A stretch of 32,195 nucleotides of DNA from a virus (lineage: Duplodnaviria > Caudoviricetes), in IMG/VR virus record IMGVR_UViG_3300011335_000294, positions 1 through 32,195 of that record; one strand, given 5' to 3'. The notes beneath the pieces are model-generated. The model did not search any database, was not told the origin of the DNA, and was given only the letters and a program-made list of their open reading frames with translations. Below, piece by piece: positions 1 to 6,840 of the stretch. Made by a program: the position numbers and the translations under genes. The number at the start of each line of letters is the position of its first letter. Position 1 is the stretch's first letter.

Positions 1-455
1 CAATCAACCAATTAAAAAGGGAATTCGAAATAATAGCGACGGAACACCGTCAAATAAATGATTTCTTTTTTGGTGATTTTCTTGACGCCGTTTCACGCGA
101 TGCCGTAAAATTTCCGATTATGATTGTCACTTTGCAACCTGGAACAATTGGTGACAATTTTGTCGGAGTAAATTGCATTATTTCAATAGCTGATAAATAT
201 AATCTTCAAGAATATCGCCAGATTGACGAAATACATTCCGATTGCTTGTCCATTTGCAAAGATATTCATGTGACATTTAAGCAATGGCGCTTTGAAGAAT
301 TCTTGGATATTCAAGGAACGATTTCAACGACGCCATTTATTAACCGTTCACACGACGTGACGGCCGGTTGGACCATGAACATGGCCTTGAACATTTACGA
401 TTACGAAAATTGGTGCGAAATTCCATACGACAATTACGATTTTGAGAACAATTAA
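1..455 (+). CDS. Putative tail terminator / head-tail completion protein, 5'-truncated copy
   Basis: Protein matches the C-terminal part of 30723..31187; lies downstream of the portal and adaptor in the circular map. Confidence 0.55.
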   Translation, partial: INQLKREFEIIATEHRQINDFFFGDFLDAVSRDAVKFPIMIVTLQPGTIGDNFVGVNCIISIADKYNLQEYRQIDEIHSDCLSICKDIHVTFKQWRFEEFLDIQGTISTTPFINRSHDVTAGWTMNMALNIYDYENWCEIPYDNYDFENN

Positions 456-462
456 ACATAAT
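446..462 (+). promoter_or_regulatory. Putative late promoter motif GAACAA-N4-ACATAAT before the lysis cassette
   Basis: Same motif and spacing at 13999, 16509, 24740, 25623 and 31178. Confidence 0.55.
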
Positions 463-468
463 ATATAG

Positions 469-636
469 ATGAACAAGCATTTAAGATCATTGTCCGTTGT
501 GTTTTTTATTGCAGCTTATGGAACGGCCTTCGCAATGTATTTCGAAGACGCGTTGTTTTTGAAGCTTGGTGGCGTCGCGCTTGGATTGTTCTTGACATTC
601 CAGTTGATTGAAAAATTTGAAAATAATAATAAATGA
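469..636 (+). CDS. Small two-TM membrane protein (55 aa), possible lysis accessory or antiholin
   Basis: ATG469..TGA636, MNKHLRSLSVVFFIAAYGTAFAMYFEDALFLKLGGVALGLFLTFQL...; conserved in copy B; ATGA overlap with the holin. Confidence 0.7.
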   Translation: MNKHLRSLSVVFFIAAYGTAFAMYFEDALFLKLGGVALGLFLTFQLIEKFENNNK

Positions 637-1124
637 AATTACAATTATATATATTACTTGCGAACATCCGATTATCATTTACGAAATTACTTGCGGTTGT
701 TGGCGCGTTCTTTTTACCAATATCCGGAATTTTGTTCCTGGTTGGATTCGCGATATTTGTTGACACCTTGACCGGAATTTGGAAAGCAAAAAAATTAAAG
801 ATTCCGATCACATCGCGAAAATTATCCGCAATTATTTCAAAATTATTTTTATACGAACTGGCGGTCATTGGATTTTACTTGATTGACTTTTGGATTCTCA
901 ACGATATAGTCAAACAATTTTTTTCCGTTCCATTAATGTTGACAAAAATTCTTTCATTGGTATTGGTTTCAATCGAAGTGATGTCCATTAATGAAAACTA
1001 TTTCGCAATCCGTAAAATCTCGATTTGGCAAGGAATGAAGAACCTTTTTTCCCGAGCAAAAGAAATTAAAAATGACATAAATGGAATTAGATCAAACCAA
1101 GATAGTTCAACACCGATTATCTAA
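633..1124 (+). CDS. Holin (phage holin 4_1-like)
   Basis: Several TM segments; DTLTG-W..ITSRKL and E..SINEN motifs; directly upstream of the endolysin. Confidence 0.85.
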   Translation: MKLQLYILLANIRLSFTKLLAVVGAFFLPISGILFLVGFAIFVDTLTGIWKAKKLKIPITSRKLSAIISKLFLYELAVIGFYLIDFWILNDIVKQFFSVPLMLTKILSLVLVSIEVMSINENYFAIRKISIWQGMKNLFSRAKEIKNDINGIRSNQDSSTPII

Positions 1125-1728
1125 CGACCAATTTTTTCAAGACGTTCACGAAAAAAAACAAATTTATTTGCACCACACCGCCGGCGGTGGCAATCCGGTA
1201 TCGGTAGCGAAATTCTTTCAACAAAAGGAAGGAAAGGTCGCGACGGCATTCGTGATTGGTGAAAAAGGAACAATCGTTCAATTGTTTTCATCAAAACATT
1301 GGGCGTATCACCTGGGGTTGAAGCCGGAAGTATTCGCGGAAAAGGGAATCACTTATCGAAGTCTTGACAAGATATCAATCGGAATTGAAATATGCAACTA
1401 CGGGCCGCTAAAAAAGCAAAACGGAAACTTCATCAATTATGTTGGTGGCAAAGTTGACCGCTCACAAGTAACGGAATTGAACGGCAAATATAAAGGTCAT
1501 ATTTGGTGGCAAAAATACACCGACGAACAAATAGAAAGCACTCGACAATTATTAGTTTACCTTTGCGACACTTACGGAATAAGCAAAGAATACAATGATT
1601 CAATTTTTGACATCGACAAGCGCGCTTTGAAAGGCGAAAACGGAATTTTCACTCACAATTCAGTCCGTCACGACAAGTCCGACATTTATCCATGTCCAAG
1701 AATGATTGAAATGTTAAAGAACTTATGA
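1081..1728 (+). CDS. Endolysin, N-acetylmuramoyl-L-alanine amidase (Amidase_2)
   Basis: IYLHHTAG, AYH, SIGIEI, FTH...KSD zinc-amidase motifs. Confidence 0.92.
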   Translation: MELDQTKIVQHRLSNDQFFQDVHEKKQIYLHHTAGGGNPVSVAKFFQQKEGKVATAFVIGEKGTIVQLFSSKHWAYHLGLKPEVFAEKGITYRSLDKISIGIEICNYGPLKKQNGNFINYVGGKVDRSQVTELNGKYKGHIWWQKYTDEQIESTRQLLVYLCDTYGISKEYNDSIFDIDKRALKGENGIFTHNSVRHDKSDIYPCPRMIEMLKNL

Positions 1729-2168
1729 GAAAACTAATTGCATTTTTAAGCGTTCTAACGATGTTTGGTTGTTCGTCCGAACGAATGGCGCAATATCATT
1801 ATAAAAAGGCCTTAAAACATGGCTTGAAGCTTGTCCAAGATAGCGACACGATTCGAATTGCAACCGTTGATTCGGTCGCGTATTATATAAACGATTCCAT
1901 TTACTTTGAAAAGGTTATTCGTTACCGCGATTCGATTGTGTTTTTCAAGAACGTTTATATTCCGAAAACGAAATGGCAAACAAGGATCGAATATCGTTAC
2001 AAAACGCAATTGGTCAAACAAGACGTTTTAAAGTATAAATACATTTACAAAGATTCCAAAAACAAAAAAGCAAAAAGCAATTGGAATTTATTTCTTTGGG
2101 GGTTTATTTCTGGAGTTGGTTTATTTTTTTTATTACGGTTGTTTGATAAATTAAGACGCATAGTTTGA
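1725..2168 (+). CDS. Lipoprotein with C-terminal TM; probable unimolecular spanin
   Basis: Signal peptide with lipobox MFGC; C-terminal hydrophobic helix WNLFLWGFISGVGLFFLL; follows the endolysin. Confidence 0.7.
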   Translation: MRKLIAFLSVLTMFGCSSERMAQYHYKKALKHGLKLVQDSDTIRIATVDSVAYYINDSIYFEKVIRYRDSIVFFKNVYIPKTKWQTRIEYRYKTQLVKQDVLKYKYIYKDSKNKKAKSNWNLFLWGFISGVGLFFLLRLFDKLRRIV

Positions 2169-3199
2169 TAAATAATTTTCGACCAAGAGTAAAACCGGAT
2201 GAAGCCGAAGTTTTGGAAAAATATCGGGCAATAAAACGCGAATCCGAAAAATTCGGCCTTGACGAAAAGAATGTCAAACATGGTTGGATCAAGAATAAAA
2301 CCGCATCGCTATTCTTCAAGAATCCGAACTTCAAGACCGAAGATCAACAAGGATTCGAAGCGATGAAACAAGATATTATTGATTCTATTTCAAATTATAT
2401 TCCGAAATACATTCCAATTGATCGCGACAAAGTCATTGAAGGTCATTTGTTGGTCATTGATCCGGCCGATATTCACATCGGAAAATTGGTCGAAGCTTTC
2501 GAAACCGGCGAAGATTACAATTGCCAGGTTGCCGTCAAACGAGTTCGCGAAGGCGTCCAAGGAATAATCAACAAGGCGAAAGGATTCAACATCGACAAGA
2601 TTCTTTTTATTGGTGGCAATGACATCCTTCACATCGATACACCCACGCGAACCACCACCGGCGGAACACCGCAAGACACCGACGGCAATTGGTATTCGAA
2701 TTTTTTAACGGCCAAAAAACTTTACGTTGAAATTCTTGAAATGTTGTTGCCGATTGCCGATGTTCATTTCACCTTCAATCCTTCAAATCACGACTACATG
2801 TCCGGGTTTTTCTTGGCCGATGTCATCCAGACTTGGTTCAAGGATTCAAAGAATATCACTTTTGATTGTTCGATTGCGCATCGCAAAGGTTTTCTTTACG
2901 GAAAGAACTTGATCGGAACGACTCACGGGGACGGCGCAAAACAACAAGACCTTCCTTTGCTAATGGCTGCGGAATTTCCAATGGAATGGTCGAAATCAAA
3001 GCATCGTTACATTTATACTCACCACATTCACCACAAATCTTCGCGCGATTACATCGGAATCACCGTTGAATCATTGCGAAGTCCGTCCGGGACGGATTCC
3101 TGGCATCACAAAAAAGGATACCTTTCAATTAAGGCGGTGGAAGGATTCCTTCATCACAAAGAATTCGGCCAGGTTGCCAGGTTGACGCACATTTTTTGA
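2165..3199 (+). CDS. Calcineurin-like metallophosphoesterase
   Basis: DIHIG, GGND, SNHD, THGD and HHIHH metal-binding motifs. Confidence 0.85.
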   Translation: MINNFRPRVKPDEAEVLEKYRAIKRESEKFGLDEKNVKHGWIKNKTASLFFKNPNFKTEDQQGFEAMKQDIIDSISNYIPKYIPIDRDKVIEGHLLVIDPADIHIGKLVEAFETGEDYNCQVAVKRVREGVQGIINKAKGFNIDKILFIGGNDILHIDTPTRTTTGGTPQDTDGNWYSNFLTAKKLYVEILEMLLPIADVHFTFNPSNHDYMSGFFLADVIQTWFKDSKNITFDCSIAHRKGFLYGKNLIGTTHGDGAKQQDLPLLMAAEFPMEWSKSKHRYIYTHHIHHKSSRDYIGITVESLRSPSGTDSWHHKKGYLSIKAVEGFLHHKEFGQVARLTHIF

Positions 3200-3481
3200 T
3201 TAATATATTAGTCAATCAAGCGCCATTTGTCACGTTTTGGCTAATATATGTGACATTATTTTCCAACATAATCGGAATAAATCCGATTTAGTGACGGAAT
3301 TTTCCATTATAATTTACAAAACAAGCGTATTTTGTTAATTTTATTTAGCGTTATTCAGGCAATAACCTTATTTTTGTCCGCATTTTTAAGGGAATAACCT
3401 TAAATCTCATGTTCAAATTATCGCCTTTTCTATACATGAGCGCTTATTGTGTCCATTTCCTTATTTAGAATCATTCTAAAT
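3196..3481. repeat. Array of about 9 different short inverted repeats
   Basis: Palindromes at 3196-3215, 3228-3255, 3270-3288, 3291-3310 (imperfect), 3311-3340, 3350-3366, 3385-3404, 3406-3440 and 3463-3481. Confidence 0.85.
3463..3481. promoter_or_regulatory. Perfect 9-1-9 palindrome ATTTAGAAT-C-ATTCTAAAT, Fur-box-like operator
   Basis: Palindrome seen directly; resembles the Flavobacteriia Fur box as I recall it (needs checking); 33 bp upstream of the -33 element. Confidence 0.55.
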
Positions 3482-3514
3482 TTGTGTATTATTAAAAATA
3501 AATGTTCATAATGT

Positions 3515-3545
3515 TTTGTAGTTATAAAATAACGCCGTAGATTTG
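3515..3545 (+). promoter_or_regulatory. Bacteroidota primary-sigma promoter (early)
   Basis: TTTG (3515-3518), 19 nt, TAGATTTG (3538-3545); fits TTTG-N19-21-TAnnTTTG. Confidence 0.8.
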
Positions 3546-3569
3546 AAAATAATTTTTAAACTAAACAAC

Positions 3570-3731
3570 ATGAAAGACTTCATCGCAACGCTTGACTTTT
3601 TAGAAAAGCAACAAGCTGAAAATTCTTTAACTACTCACCAGTTACATTTGATCATTCAAACAATGGCGACATTTATTCCAGACGAAAACTTAAACGAAAT
3701 CGAAACCGCGTTCAACATTTTTAAAAACTAA
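3570..3731 (+). CDS. Hypothetical early protein (53 aa)
   Basis: ATG3570 after an ACTAAACAAC leader; first gene after the early promoter. Confidence 0.7.
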   Translation: MKDFIATLDFLEKQQAENSLTTHQLHLIIQTMATFIPDENLNEIETAFNIFKN

Positions 3732-3734
3732 ATT

Positions 3735-3872
3735 ATGAAAACTAAACTAAACAATCTAATCTATTATTTCACACCGTTAACCGATGAACACAAAGACATT
3801 TTAAACACGTCCATTGTCTTCGTTGTGTTTTGGGTGGCCGTTTATACATTTTGCTATTTAACTAATCTTTAA
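3735..3872 (+). CDS. Small membrane protein (45 aa)
   Basis: MKTKLNNLIYYFTP...SIVFVVFWVAVYTFCYLTNL; one C-terminal TM; fills the gap between neighbours. Confidence 0.6.
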   Translation: MKTKLNNLIYYFTPLTDEHKDILNTSIVFVVFWVAVYTFCYLTNL

Positions 3873-3882
3873 AACCAAGAAA

Positions 3883-4206
3883 ATGAATCTCGAAGAATTA
3901 GAATTTATCGACCGAAACAATCTTTGTCTTTATTACGAAATTGACAAGATTGAATTTCACTTAAATTTCACCTGGGAATTCTCACATTATAACGAAGACG
4001 AAGGCGAAGGCAAAATTGAAGTTTACGCCGAAGATTGCCAACAATGGATTAACGGCGTTTGTCATCCGTACTTTCCAACACAACAAGAAATGCGCGAAGT
4101 GAAATCAGCAATTGAAGACATTGTCCTTCAAGATATGAACGGTTATGGATTGGACGAATGGTTGGAAAGTAGAGAATTGGACGACAATTATTTTAATGAA
4201 TACTAA
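3883..4206 (+). CDS. Acidic hypothetical protein
   Basis: 107-aa ORF, very D/E rich, in operon context. Confidence 0.75.
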   Translation: MNLEELEFIDRNNLCLYYEIDKIEFHLNFTWEFSHYNEDEGEGKIEVYAEDCQQWINGVCHPYFPTQQEMREVKSAIEDIVLQDMNGYGLDEWLESRELDDNYFNEY

Positions 4207-4217
4207 AAACTAAACAA

Positions 4218-4406
4218 ATGAAAACACAAAAAATCCAAGAAAACGAATTCACACCGATCCGGCCGAATGTCATGGCTTGCGTCCGGTGGTGGCGAAATCA
4301 ATCCATTCACGAAGATAAGGGCGGCAGCTTCAATCTTGAACTTTACCTGGACTATTTAAGCGAACAAGATTTTAACCAAAATAAAACTTTTGAAAATGAG
4401 CGATAA
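4218..4406 (+). CDS. Hypothetical protein, paralog A (WWR...DKGGSFNL.LYLDYL)
   Basis: Similar to the 4869..5051 segment at DNA and protein level. Confidence 0.75.
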   Translation: MKTQKIQENEFTPIRPNVMACVRWWRNQSIHEDKGGSFNLELYLDYLSEQDFNQNKTFENER

Positions 4407-4593
4407 AAAACAAACGGCGGTTGAATGGTTGGTTGAACATATACTAACTGAAGTACAAGATTATGAAGATGGCGACATTGAAACTGAATCAGAGCCATTT
4501 AAGCACGAGTATATAAATAAATATATTGGTATGATTGATTTAAGCAAATTTGTTATTAAAGCCAAAGAAATGGAAAGGGAGCAAATTAAGTAA
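4396..4593 (+). CDS. Hypothetical protein (KQTAVEWL...AKEMEREQI type)
   Basis: ORF with ATG4396; word usage atypical for this genome. Confidence 0.7.
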   Translation: MSDKKQTAVEWLVEHILTEVQDYEDGDIETESEPFKHEYINKYIGMIDLSKFVIKAKEMEREQIK

Positions 4594-4649
4594 AATGAGC
4601 GCAAAGTATGAAAATTAAGTATTAATCACCATAATTAACTAAAAAGAAC

Positions 4650-5051
4650 ATGAAAGAAACACCAGTACAGTTACTTAAAAGAATACTAGAAGGACAAAAA
4701 GATGAACCATTTGACTATGATGAGTGGTGTATATCATTAGAGTATGCGGAAGATACAGAGAAAGAACAAATGGAAGAGATTAGAGAAATGCTTGTACAAG
4801 GTGCATTGACAAACATGAGTTGTGCTTCTGCTGTTGTTGAATTTGATAAATTAACTAAAAACAAAGAAATGAAAAAACAAAAAATCCAAGAAAACGAATT
4901 CACACAAACAACCTTTTCATTGAAACGAAAAATGAATTGGTGGCGCGAACAATCCTGCGAGGGCGACAAAGGTGGCAGCTTCAACCTTGATTTATACCTT
5001 GACTATTTAAGCGAACAAGAATTCAACGAAATACAAACACAAGACAAATGA
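4650..5051 (+). CDS. Hypothetical protein; in-frame fusion of a KETPVQLL...EKEQM unit with paralog A' (internal ATG 4869)
   Basis: C-terminal 60 aa align with 4218..4406; ATG4869 has its own ACTAAA leader. Confidence 0.65.
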   Translation: MKETPVQLLKRILEGQKDEPFDYDEWCISLEYAEDTEKEQMEEIREMLVQGALTNMSCASAVVEFDKLTKNKEMKKQKIQENEFTQTTFSLKRKMNWWREQSCEGDKGGSFNLDLYLDYLSEQEFNEIQTQDK

Positions 5052-5194
5052 AAAGATACAAAGTGACTTATAATTATTTTGAAAGTGGAAAGAAACGGAT
5101 TGCAATTCGAATCCTTGAAGCTTACGACAAGGAACACGCGTTGCAATTGATGTCAATGTGGCCAAAACTAATTTTAAAAGTTGAAACGTTATGA
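5048..5194 (+). CDS. Hypothetical protein (48 aa)
   Basis: MKRYKVTYNYFESGKKRIAIRILEAYDKEHALQLM...; ATGA overlaps at both ends. Confidence 0.7.
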   Translation: MKRYKVTYNYFESGKKRIAIRILEAYDKEHALQLMSMWPKLILKVETL

Positions 5195-5820
5195 ACGAAG
5201 AAATGATTCAACGCCTTATTGAAATTTATCCTTTCAAACCAACGAAGGATATTGCCGAAGAATTCGGATTGACATTGTCGCAAATTTATAACAAAGCTTA
5301 TTCGATGAAATTGAAAAAAGCTAATGACTATTTATCGACATCCAGTTCCGGACGGTTGCAACCAGGATCAACATTGTTTCGAAAATCAAACGGAACTTAT
5401 CAAAAAGGAAACGTTCCAATGAACAAAGGACAAAAAATGTCCAAAGATGTTTTTGAAAAGGTAAAACCGACAATGTTCAAGAAAGGAAATCGGCCGCCGA
5501 ATTGGAAAGAACCTGGAACAATTAAAATTGGAAAAGACACGAATGATAATTATTACCAATATATCAAAATTTCGGATTCAAATTGGAAATTATTACATCG
5601 CCACATTTGGGAACAAACGAACGGCGAAATAATAAAAGGTCATATTATTGTCTTTCGTGACAAAAATTCGATGAATTGCGAAATTGAAAATCTTGAAATG
5701 ATTACGAGAGTCGAAAACTTGAAACGAAATTGGCTGCACAATTACCCGGATGAAATAAAAACTTTAATCAAAACTAAAAATAAACTAATAAAAAAAATCA
5801 AAAATTATGGCACGAAATAA
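5191..5820 (+). CDS. HNH endonuclease with N-terminal HTH
   Basis: LLHRHIWEQ..G..I.F.DKN..NC..ENL..ITR.EN HNH signature; N-terminal KDIAEEFGLTLSQIY HTH. Confidence 0.85.
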   Translation: MNEEMIQRLIEIYPFKPTKDIAEEFGLTLSQIYNKAYSMKLKKANDYLSTSSSGRLQPGSTLFRKSNGTYQKGNVPMNKGQKMSKDVFEKVKPTMFKKGNRPPNWKEPGTIKIGKDTNDNYYQYIKISDSNWKLLHRHIWEQTNGEIIKGHIIVFRDKNSMNCEIENLEMITRVENLKRNWLHNYPDEIKTLIKTKNKLIKKIKNYGTK

Positions 5821-6052
5821 ATTAAGCGATTTGCGCGATCACATGTTCGCCGCACTGGAACGATTGGACGACGAAGAATTGACCAATGAACAAATCAAGA
5901 ACGAAATTGAAAAGGCGAAATCAATCGCAATGGTTGGCAGCGTGATAATTAATTCCGCAAAGATTGAAATTGATTATTTAAAAGCAACCGGAATGATTGA
6001 CACGACTTCGGACTTGTTCAAATCGGTTGTCGGAGTTAAACAATTAAACTAA
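5807..6052 (+). CDS. Hypothetical protein, probable partner of the HNH gene
   Basis: NKLSDLRDHMFAALERL; overlaps the HNH gene end. Confidence 0.75.
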   Translation: MARNKLSDLRDHMFAALERLDDEELTNEQIKNEIEKAKSIAMVGSVIINSAKIEIDYLKATGMIDTTSDLFKSVVGVKQLN

Positions 6053-6057
6053 AAATC

Positions 6058-6438
6058 ATGATTGAAAGAATTAAACAAATTATTGAAGACGAACAATTGA
6101 AAAAACTTTGCAAAGAACCGGAAAAAGTTTATCGCCGGTGGTTTTTTTATTGTTTTTTACGAAAGCAAAAATTTTATTTGCGTGAAATTGCGCAAATTTT
6201 TGACAAACATCACGCAACAATTATTCACGGAATAAGACAAGCGGAATTTTTTGAAAATCAAAAGGATGAATTTTATTTGTTGCATACAAAAGATTTGTTC
6301 CAGGAATTCAATGACAAAACTTTGTTTTTTGATAAACGAAATTTAATTGAAGACATCCAAAACGCCAAAAATTTTCAAGATTTATGCAAAATTAAGCGCC
6401 GAATTACTCAAAACATTTATACGCGTGACGATGCGTGA
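6058..6438 (+). CDS. DnaA domain IV-like HTH DNA-binding protein
   Basis: LREIAQIFDKHHATIIHG resembles the DnaA C-terminal motif IG..F.RDHSTV.H. Confidence 0.65.
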   Translation: MIERIKQIIEDEQLKKLCKEPEKVYRRWFFYCFLRKQKFYLREIAQIFDKHHATIIHGIRQAEFFENQKDEFYLLHTKDLFQEFNDKTLFFDKRNLIEDIQNAKNFQDLCKIKRRITQNIYTRDDA

Positions 6439-6693
6439 CGATACAAACATCCATTGTCACGCCTTGAAAGGCAATGCCAGCAACAAAAAAAGGTTAAAGC
6501 GTGACGGTGACGATAAGAAAACAATGAGAGATTGTACTAAAAATAGAAAAGACGTTTTTCAGTTCAATTTTTTTGAATTTTATCGTCACATCGTCACGCT
6601 CGGTCGGAAAGTCAATACTACATTGATTTTTAGCCGTGACGATAACCGTGACGATAAGCAAATCATCGTCGCGTTTTGAACAACATCGTCACG
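6424..6693. repeat. Iteron-like array of (C)GTGACGAT, 6 forward and 5 reverse copies; probable replication origin
   Basis: Forward at 6424, 6434, 6500, 6507, 6635, 6647; reverse at 6453, 6582, 6590, 6665, 6685; followed by an AT-rich tract and the primase-helicase gene. Confidence 0.85.
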
Positions 6694-6739
6694 TTTTGAA
6701 CAAATATGAAAATTATTGATATTTATATAAAAAATATAT

Positions 6740-6747
6740 TAACTTTA
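6740..6747 (+). promoter_or_regulatory. Probable -7 promoter element (TAACTTTA) for the primase leader
   Basis: One mismatch to TAnnTTTG; just 5' of the structured leader. Confidence 0.45.
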
Positions 6748-6754
6748 CAAAATA

Positions 6755-6828
6755 GATGCAGCAAACAAAATTTTTTAAGGCCATTAACCGAGTAGCGACT
6801 GCATCCGCGAAAGGTTTTTGGCTTTTTT
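6755..6828 (+). ncRNA. Putative cis-regulatory leader RNA (hairpin with loop-E motif and pseudoknot)
   Basis: Stem 6777-6789/6813-6825; internal GAGUA/GAAA loop; GCG/CGC stem; loop CUGCAUC 6799-6805 complementary to GAUGCAG 6755-6761; U-run to 6828. Confidence 0.6.
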
Positions 6829-6840
6829 AATTGACTAAAC

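Larger units (their letters stand above)
1..1463 (+). repeat. Terminal direct repeat, copy A (diverged from copy B)
   Basis: CAATCAACCAATTAAAAAGG at 1 and 30733; AAAGTTGACCGCTC ends at 1463 and 32195; many substitutions between the copies. Confidence 0.97.

Noticed and set aside
442-471. TAG (copy A) versus TAC (copy B) in frame before the small membrane gene, hinting at stop-codon recoding
   Set aside because: It lies upstream of the real ATG; all core genes are intact in the standard code and TAG ends genes normally (12286, 24061)
487-868. Minus-strand ORFs opposite the holin region, present in both repeat copies
   Set aside because: Shadow ORFs; substitutions are explained by the plus-strand genes, and scarce CTA/TAG words lengthen antisense frames
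4218-5051. Diversity-generating retroelement template/variable repeat pair
   Set aside because: No reverse transcriptase in the genome and the differences are not adenine-specific
6347-6679. 110-aa ORF with repeated RDD/IVT motifs
   Set aside because: The peptide repeats are just translations of the iterons in both orientations; TTG start inside another gene; probably non-coding
6424-6693. Possible CRISPR mini-array
   Set aside because: Repeats are only 8-9 nt, in both orientations and irregularly spaced; no cas genes
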